From: Callorhinchus milii
Lineage: Eukaryota
Length of the DNA: 64,000 bases
Assembly (NCBI RefSeq): GCF_018977255.1
Contig: NW_024704742.1
Span: forward strand, 51,090,001 to 51,154,000
Direction of reading: 5' to 3'
Shown: positions 55,231 through 64,000 of the stretch, piece by piece
Layout of the letters: every line of letters begins with the position of its first letter
Numbering within the stretch: the stretch's first letter is position 1
Translations under genes and position numbers: made by a program
Notes under the pieces: generated by a model
Told to the model about the DNA's origin: nothing
The model's input: only the letters and a program-made list of their open reading frames with translations
Databases searched by the model: none

Positions 55231-56924
55231 TCTAATAATAGGATGTTTCCCACCATCTTTGCCAGGGAAGATGCAGAGACCAAGAAAAGGGAATTAGAGA
55301 GGGAAGAAACACCTTGAAAGGAAGGAGCTTTTTGGTAACACTCCGGCCGCTGAGTCAGAAGGGTGTGGAAACAAGTCTCACATCGGGACCTAAACTTACA
55401 GTTCATGTTGACACTCAAATACAATGATGGGGGAGCTGCATTGTTATAATAATAATCCTTGCATTGACACAGCCTCTTACCAGGTCTTCGAGACGTCTCA
55501 AAGTGCTTCACAGAATATACTGTAAAATGAACTGACTGTATATTTTGTGGGCGAAACCTTCAGTACTATCCTGAATTATATTTGAATCACAATCTTTTGT
55601 GAGGACGTTTTGGTCACAAAATATACAGTCAATTCACTTTACAGTAGATTTTGTGAAGCGATTTGAAACGCCTCGAAGACGTGAAAAGGTGCTATATCAA
55701 ATGCAAAGATTATTATTGTTATTATTAGTATTAAGAATTAATAGACCAGAGCAATATTTGTGATTATAGTGCAACCACTCTAGACACTTAGTATCTGTCC
55801 TACCATCCTTTGAATTGTCTTCCCATAGTCATTCTATTACCTTTTACTCTCAACCACTTATAGAACACTCATAGAACACTTATGGCAATAAAAAGAGTGA
55901 GTTTGTTATGGTCTGTGAACATCCAGCATTGAAAATATCCAAGTCATACTGTGATATAAATGCATCAGAACATTTTTTCTATCAATATGCTGGTTGAACT
56001 CAGGGAATATATTTGATTTTAGGTCCCAAAATAGCTATAATACAGCTTAAAAAAACCAAAAATATTTAAGATACTTAGAACAAGAACACATATCTTTTTA
56101 AAATGTATAATTGAAACGATACCAAAGAAAATTCTTTATAACTAGAAGCTATTAATATTAATAGATGATTTTACTCTGTCACTTTCTAATATTTTCATTT
56201 TGTTCTCCACCAATTTTCTACCATTTGATTGACAAATTGACTCCTTGCGAAGTACAGTTTGATAGAAGCCAGTCACCCACTCGTACCCCACACAAGTATT
56301 CCAGCTTGAGGCTGGAGATTTTGGCGAGGGGATTATCAAAGACGAAACTAATTCTGTCCTCACCTGAGGTATTAACCATGTTTTAAAATTTAAGACTGTC
56401 CAAAAGAAAATTATTTAAGTCAATACTGAAGCTCTTAACAAGGATGTTCTTTTAGGAACTGCAGAAAACCAGCTGCATTATTAAGACTGAATTTAAGAAT
56501 TATCCAATTCACTTAAGAATTATCCAAAATTCTGAAGAATATTAAATTTTAAGGCAATGGTAATAGACTAGGACTGGCAGCACTTCAATGCCAAACAGTA
56601 GGGGTGTCTGAATGGGTGAGTTCCCTTTTTTTGTAACCAAAACGTTAAACGCCGTTGCAATGCCCCAACCAGCATCACAGCTGAGATCAGCTAATTCAGC
56701 ATAAACTGGATGTAAAACTTGCAATCTTCCTGTGTGCATCACTCAGCCTCTGACTGGTACACTTGTTAAGTCACCAGGGGATTGACTGATTTCCAACAAT
56801 ATAATTTCCCATTAGGGTCATTTATTGTCTTCCACAAAATGCCAATGTTCTTGATTTAGAATCTTAAAGTTTCAAGTTAAACCTGAAAATGTTTTGCAAT
56901 AAATAGTGAAATAAACACACTGAC

Positions 56925-57040
56925 TCTTCTCCTCTTCATAGGAACCCCCAGAGCTGCTGCTGTAACGAGATTCAAGCCGATGGTGCTGACGGTTTAGGTT
57001 ACTATTCAGTCCACTGTAGATATCAAAATGGCCATAATTG
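56925..57040 (-). CDS. fryl: fryl exon (NYGHFDIYSGLNSNLNRQHHRLESRYSSSSGGSYEEEK)
   Basis: tctttccag / A|gtcagt, 116 nt, phase 2 to 1. Confidence 0.93.
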
Positions 57041-57777
57041 CTGGAAAGAAAGCAAATGGTGTGAGGACAAGTTCATGCTCCAAAACACTGTAACAAAGAG
57101 TGGGTAGGACATTGTTTGCTGTCAAATGCCATACCGGTCACTTATCAATGTTACTTAAAGGGGAAGGGAAGGCAAAGAAGAACAATTTGTAGGCAAGTCA
57201 ACCCAAGCTTCTTGTGCATCTCCTGATGACAGGGTGAAGAGGGGAAATGGCAGAGGCACAAAAACAGATCATGTGCTGTTCTTTAAATGTGCATACCACC
57301 ACCACAAAGCGAATGAAAAATTAAGAAAAGATTGAGTAATCCCAGAACATTGCCATACACCTGGAAACCTATTACAGGAAGACGCTAGGTAACAGGTTAG
57401 TGATGATGTTCCAGTGTAGTTCACCAACGTAAAGAGGGGCAAATTATTTATATCAGGTTGGTACTGATAGGAAGAAAAACATTCCCCGAGATCCTGGGTC
57501 TGCTTAAGGTGAACTGTACTGACAGGCTGGCTCCCCGCACAGGAAGCACTGCTGATATCACTTACTGTTCACCACACATGCAAGCTGTGCGAAGGAAGGG
57601 CCTTTGACTTCAGCTAGTGAGTGACATTAGCAATGACCCGTCCAACCAGAATACCTCACTAACATCCATATTTTAGTAAGTCTTGTTAGAACACAACATC
57701 TGAGTTTTATGGACTCAAACCACTGCATTATAACAGGGTCACCCTGTACTTAGTACAATGGAAATATAAAAGCCTAC

Positions 57778-57865
57778 CTTTCATCATTTGTGGGATCCTT
57801 TGGTAACTTATTGTCCTGCTGCCCATCGTGTCCAGCCACCATTGTATTGCTGCTGGAAGTGGTAC
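57778..57865 (-). CDS. fryl: fryl exon (TTSSSNTMVAGHDGQQDNKLPKDPTNDE)
   Basis: tctgcag / AG|gtagg, 88 nt, phase 1 to 2. Confidence 0.92.
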
Positions 57866-58308
57866 CTGCAGAATGCAGATGAAAGGTTTTCAAAATTGCA
57901 ATTAAAATATTAAATGCTAAATTGAGACGTATAGTCGAAATTAAGTTACAAAAAGTTATTTTAGATTTAGAATGCTATTAAACTTCAGAAATCTAGAAAA
58001 GTTCATTGAACTTTTACAGTTTTTACAGTAAGCCTAGAATTGATTCTTGACTTCAAATCTCAAAAGGAGCAGGTAAGGGTACTGCCAAATTGAAGTAATT
58101 GGCCATTAAAAGTATTAAAATTTGAAAATTTAATACCATCTGACACGAAGGCATATCTTTACTATCACGAGGTATTTTATTTTTGGTTGGAGGGATTGAC
58201 TTCAGAGGATTTTGCAGTTGATTCTAGTTCTTTAATCTGCATCTCAAACAAAGGTACACAGAAAAAATAGGAAAACAGGACTGATTAGACTAGAGTAAAT
58301 AAGCTGTG

Positions 58309-58630
58309 TGTCATCTTGGCTGAATTGGTAGTGCTCTCACCTCTCACTCAGGTTTTGGGTTCAAGCCACACATTGAGACTTTGAACTTATTGTAGTCTAG
58401 ACTGATACTCCAATGCAGTGCGGGGAGTGTGATGTATTGTCAGAGGCACTCTCCATCAAATGAGACAAACTGAGGTCTGCCTACCCGAACAGGTGACGTT
58501 GTGCACAAAATACGACTACAAAATAAACAGTCACTACACTTCACAGTACATGATATGAAGTGCTTTGTGGCATCTTCCTTATGTGGAAGTTGCAATATCA
58601 ACTGTAGCTAATTATTATTTTATTATTATC
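58309..58630 (+). mobile_element. Deu-SINE (internally deleted)
   Basis: Head, ctagactgatactccaatgcagtg core and (att)n tail. Confidence 0.7.
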
Positions 58631-58749
58631 ATAACCAGTGGTGAACTACACTGGAACATCTGGTTCTATTTTGTACTAAAATATGATGTCAGTACAAACG
58701 CTAAAGCTGCCAGACTCCAAAAAGTGCGTATGTGGTAAATTATATTTAC

Positions 58750-58918
58750 CTGAGGTGACGGAGGGGATTTTGTAACTGGAGGTGATGCGGTAGTAGGGTG
58801 GGTTATCCATATGAGTGACAGCTGAGCTTACTGGATCAGTCAGTTGCAGTTCTGCCACTAGCTCTTCCAGCAGCTGCATTGTTTTATCTCTGCCCAGGTA
58901 CACAACCACTTTCTTGAT
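58750..58918 (-). CDS. fryl: fryl exon (IKKVVVYLGRDKTMQLLEELV...KIPSVTS)
   Basis: acgcag / G|gtaaa, 169 nt, phase 0 to 1. Confidence 0.95.
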
Positions 58919-59986
58919 CTGCGTAGTCACAAACATATAATAATGATTATAAATGCGAAAACATACATTTAATGCTGTGATTTCTACTGAGCAGCATTTC
59001 TGCATTATCAGTGGTGACACAGACTTTGAAATCAAGAGGCTACCTTCAGACCCATCTTTTCAATTGTGTTTTTGGTCACCTCAGTTTCCTCTCCTCCCTA
59101 ACTCAGATGTCCATAGAGCTGTGTAAAGTGGTTTTGGATATCCTCTTGACATGAAATGTACCATATAAATGTAAATTATTGATGTGATGTTATTCCACAA
59201 GATAGTATATAGCAATAATTGGGATTCTATGTCCATTAATTCAATTCACTCATGTAAATGAAGGAGACTAATGACTTAATACATACATTGACATTCATTG
59301 TTCTTCCAAAATTGATTATCTGCCTGAAAAGTATCCTCAGCAGATCAAACAATGTTTTCCCCTTCCTTTTGAAATCATATATATGTGAATCACATTATAT
59401 AACATTATGGGTTTTACTCACAAAGACATGGTATTAAAACCAATATTCGTTATCGTACATAAATTATAACAAATCCACAAGTTAAAAAGATCAGTGATTT
59501 GTTTCAGTAAAATATTGGTAATATTAAAAACAAATGTGAACACACACAAATATAATATTCCTCCCCATTTGTAAATATGCTGCTTCTAATAAACACCAAC
59601 AGTTGGCTTATACCCTTGTTTTAAAGTAATCAATACAATTATTCTTGGATTCAAACAAGGTTGTAAAATACAATAAACATCTTCGCAATGAGGTCAAGTT
59701 CATAAACTTACATTGTTCACTGTATAAACAATGAACGGTTTCCGGGACATTGCTGTGTGCAAACTGGCTACAAATGCACAGTCACTACACTTTACAGTAA
59801 AATCCTGTGAAGCTCTTCAAGACATTTCAAACTATGATAGGGGTTACATCAAATGCAAGGATTATGATTATCACATCTACATTCTCAGTTTCAGATGGTA
59901 AGATTCCGAGTACATTTTTACCTTTAATTAACTAGTTTTTAAATCAATCTTTTCATCTTTACCTGCATCATTATGTATGTACTTAC

Positions 59987-60127
59987 ATATGGTAGGAGAC
60001 TGGGCTCACTGTTTACACCACACATGCTGATAAGGAAGTGCAGAATTATCTTTAGATTTTTAGGCCAACTGTCTGCCAGCGTCGTCCACACATTTTCTAT
60101 TTCTGACCACGCTAGCTCATCGCCATA
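59987..60127 (-). CDS. fryl: fryl exon (YGDELAWSEIENVWTTLAD...EPSLLPY)
   Basis: ttttgtacag / TAT|gtaagt, 141 nt. Confidence 0.95.
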
Positions 60128-61077
60128 CTGTACAAAAAAATAAACAAAGTTAATCATATTCAAAAATCAAAAACTCCACCACAAACTGATCTACATCAGT
60201 CTGAGTGGAATCAAAATATGCAGCATTTCTTAACAGACATCAAAATAAAGAATTGTATCTGAATTCCTCTCAAACCACAGGTCACGTCTACAGAAGTAGA
60301 TTGTATCAGAGCAGAGGATTAGCACAACATAACTGGTTTGTTGAACAGCCTTCATTTGCCAGAATCAAATCCCTTAGTAAGGATTCCTTAAGAGTTACCA
60401 TGAAGTGTAAACTCTGGTTGGAATATCACTTATAATAGTTCTAGAAACCTCACCGGCTTCCTCCAGTTGTTTTGTCAGAAAAGACAGGACCCTGGTGTAG
60501 CATCATTGGCTCAGAATCCTTGTCTGTAACAGTTAGATTTCTGTTTTCTGTTGCGGTAAGATTATTAGTTTTAGTATCCTCATGTTCAAATGGGGGGCGG
60601 GGGGTGAATCAGTCAGGGTTTCTGCCCGATCATTATCCATTAGCTTCGTGCTGGAAGATGCACTATTGAGATTTGGTGAGGACAGATTTGGATTTAGCTG
60701 TTATGGTTGAAACATGAACAGGAAAAGAGGTGGGTGGGGCAATCACTTGGATGAGAAAAAATGATAAGGTTCCCTCCCTCCCACCCTTTTAGTAATGCCA
60801 AAATGTAATTTATGTATGGGGTCTTTAAAAATATTACATAAATCATATAATTAGTTACTGCACAGAAGTTGGCCATTTGGCCCATTGAGTTTGTGCTACT
60901 GCTAACGTCTTCACTGGAGGTATTGAAAAACTAAAAACATATTATACAGGATCACAAGAAAATCTCTTCAGCATTTGTATCATCACTCTGCTTGGAGAAA
61001 GGAAACTAAGCTATTTGAAGTTTCTGCACCAAGCCACAAAGGTTTAACAATTTTAAATTATCACAATTAATCACAAT

Positions 61078-61392
61078 GGAGTCCTGTAGCTCAGTGGTTA
61101 GAGCACTCGCTTTGCAAGTGAGAGACCTGAGTTCAATTCCCAGCAGGGTGAAACCTTGGGCAAGTTTCCTTACTCCACACACCTAATAATAATCCCTCCA
61201 AAACACAGAACAATAATAAATTGGCCATTTTCAATTCATGGCTGTTTGTGGGACACTGCTGTGCGCAATTGGCTGCCACGTTCGCCGACAAATATACAGT
61301 CAATTCACTTTACAGTGTATTCTGTGAAGCGCTTTGGGACGTCCTCCCGACGTGAAAAGCGCTATATCAAATGCAAGGATTATTATTATTTA
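61078..61392 (+). mobile_element. Full-length short tRNA-derived SINE
   Basis: tRNA-like head with TGC anticodon loop, body, L2-type tail and (att)n. Confidence 0.88.
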
Positions 61393-61510
61393 TTATAATT
61401 AAACTTGTGAATAAGGCAAGCTAACACACATGAAAACAAAATCAGAAGTCGTTGGGAACACTCAGCAGGTCAGGCAGCATCTATGGAGAAAGGAAAGTGA
61501 GTCAACGTTT

Positions 61511-62945
61511 CCATTATTTAAAAAAGGTGGAAAGGAAAAGATGGGGAACTATAGGCCAGTTAGTCTCACATCAGCGATAGGAAAAATTTTAGAATCGTTG
61601 ATTAAGGATGTGGTAGTGTGGTATTTAGAGGAGCACAATATAATTAGGCCAAGTCAACATGGCTTTACAAAAGGGAAGTCATGTTTGACAAATCTCAGAG
61701 TTTTTTGAGGACATTTCCAGTAAACTAGATAAGGGTGAATCAGTGGATGTGGTCTATTTGGACTTCCAGAAGGCATTCGATAAGGTGCCGCACAAAAGGT
61801 TAGTCCAAAAGATAAGGGTCCATGGAATTGGGGGGAGCATATTAACGTGGATTGGGTATGGTTAACGGGTAGGAAACAAAGAGTAGGGATAAACGGGTCC
61901 TTTACAGATTGGCGGGATGTGACTAGTGGAGTGTCACAAGGATCAGTCCTTGGGCCTCAGCTATTTACCATCTACATCAACGATCAAGAAGAGGACATCG
62001 AAGTTAATACATCTAAATTCGCGGATGACACAAAACTAGGAGGAAGTGTCAACACAGAGGACAACATTAAAAAAATGCAGCGAGATATAGATAGGTTAGG
62101 TGATTGGGCAGGTAGGTGGCAGATGAAGTATAATGTAGGGAAGTGCGAAGTCATCCACCTCGGTAGCAAAAACAGTAGAGAGGGTTTTTTGTCTAGAAGG
62201 GGAGAGGTTGGAATGTGTTGGCGTCCAGAGGGACTTGGGTGTCCTTGTACACCAATCACAGAAAGTTAGTCTGCAGGTGCAGCAGCAATTAGGAAGGCGA
62301 ACGGTATGTTAGCATTCATTATGAAAGGATTAGAGTATAAGAGTAGGGAAGTCTTGCTGCAACTGTATAGGGCCCTGGTGAGACCACACCTGGAATACTG
62401 TGTGCAGTTTTGGTCTCCTCATTTAAGGAAGGATGTACTTGCCTTGGAGGGGGTGGCAGCGTAGACTTACTAGATTAGTGCCAGGGATGAAGGGGATGAG
62501 TTACGAGGATAGGCTGACCAATTTGGGCCTATATTCTCTAGAATATAGAAGAATTAGAGGGGATCTTATAGAAACCTATAAGATCATCAAAGGGCATGAT
62601 AGAGTAGATAGTGGGAGATTGTTTCCCCTGGTTGGAGAAACTAAAACCAGGGGTCACAACCTTAAAATCAGAGGTCAGCCCTTTCGTACTGATTTGAGGA
62701 AGAAATTCTTCACTCAAAGGGTGGTGAATGTATGGAACTCACTACTCCAAAGGGCTGTTGACTCTCATTCCTTGAACATATTCAAGACTGAGATAGATAA
62801 TTTTTTATTGCAAAAGGGATTGAGGCATATGGGGATAAGGCAGGGTCCGGTTATTAACTGGAGTTAGATTAGAAGATCAGCCATGATTGAATGGTGGGGC
62901 AGGCTCGAAGGGCCGAATGGCCTACTCCTGCAATGTTATGCTTTG
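61511..62945 (+). mobile_element. 5'-truncated CR1 LINE, reverse transcriptase C-terminal part plus 3'UTR (frameshifted)
   Basis: NYRPVSLTS, SQHGFTKGKSCLTNL, GVSQGSVLGPQLFTIYIND, KFADDTKLGG and TRGHNLKI spread over three broken ORFs. Confidence 0.92.
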
Positions 62946-63471
62946 TTTTCTGGTCCACGACCCTTCATCAGAACTGAACACACATGTTCAATTGTTTTAG
63001 CTATTATTAAAGGAATTGAATGCTATCTAAAAATGTTAATGTAAAACAACTCCCTTCGTAAAAATTACAGACTTTGAAACTTTTTATTTTATATATTTAG
63101 AATTAAGAGAATGAATACTAAAATCCATCTGAATCACCTTCCTCCATCATTCAGCCCTCAAGTTAGCTGATAAAACAGTGAACTGATGCTATAGGCACAC
63201 TCTATAGGCCTGTAGGCTCAATCCATTCCTCAGAAATACAGATTTGGTGGGAAACACGGCTGGTATTACATTTAATTTTTTAAAAAAAGTATTTTATATT
63301 AAGAAACACAGCTCATTTAATGACATTTAAAACAAGAGTTGCAAAACTTATATGTTAATATTTTTCCAAGCTGTGAAACATTTAATATATATTTATAAAT
63401 ATGTAATATTTGTTTTTTGGCAATATTGTTATTAACGTTGCAAGTGGAGAATCTAATGAGAACCCACGTAC

Positions 63472-63731
63472 TTTTGCTGTCATATACATCAGGTTGTTTA
63501 GCACCATGGTGGTAGCCTGGGGTGATCCCCAGCCTTCTCCTTTTAGCCAGCGCCTGCTGTTCGTCATCATCTCTCTGTCCTTCAAGTAACCTTCATCAGA
63601 TTCATCCATCCTCCTGGCTGAAGACAGTGGTTTGAAATCTACCAGTTCAATATTATTCATCCAGGGTAGAAGGTAATGCAGCATCACTTGCCGACCAGCA
63701 GGGTGTGCTGTTTGGATTCTGTGACTGATTT
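63472..63731 (-). CDS. fryl: fryl exon (ISHRIQTAHPAGRQVMLHYLLPW...NLMYMTAK)
   Basis: ctttgcag / AAA|gtacgt, 260 nt, phase 1 to 0. Confidence 0.95.
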
Positions 63732-64000
63732 CTGCAAAGGTTAAAAACAGAATATTGCTTCAGTGTGATATAAAATCACATCACATCTTGCGAAAAAAAT
63801 TTGTATCATCGCCAAGATTGCATTTACAAATAAAAGGTTTCGGGTAACAACCTATAATTTGTGTGAAGCGATATCATGCAAGGACTGACCAATCGGATTG
63901 TTTCCCTACAATTTCTGAATCCTTTTACATGTTTATTTTATACTCTACATATTTTATTACCAAAAACAATGCCAGGCTGGAAGACCATACTAGCTGGAAC

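Noticed and set aside
61430..62867. Three + strand ORFs with reverse transcriptase motifs
   Set aside because: Frameshifted pieces of a 5'-truncated CR1 LINE; not a host gene, retron or other novel RT system

Overview
Eukaryotic (vertebrate) genomic DNA, most likely a cartilaginous fish and possibly a holocephalan; this is inferred only from the SINE, L2 and CR1 repertoire. The whole window is the 3' half of one minus-strand gene, fryl (furry-like). I traced 30 ordinary coding exons from 63731 to the stop codon at 933-935, plus a 9-nt (ELQ) and an 18-nt (QMEVLA) microexon. All have GT-AG borders and mutually consistent phases. Positions 1-932 are 3'UTR. The introns hold L2 and CR1 LINE fragments, two L2-tailed SINE families (a short tRNA-headed one and a Deu-domain one), a solo LTR, a pogo/Tigger-like MITE and older unclassified repeats. 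I see no prokaryotic-type system, CRISPR array or true RNA gene, and nothing I can call a new biological system. The most unusual features are: (1) a decayed duplicate of a fryl exon split by a solo LTR; (2) a three-piece locally templated insertion inside a SINE tail; (3) several candidate unannotated cassette or microexons; (4) a tRNA-head/L2 chimera; (5) an open frame continuing past the fryl stop codon. Repeat boundaries are approximate and family names are from memory, not a database search.
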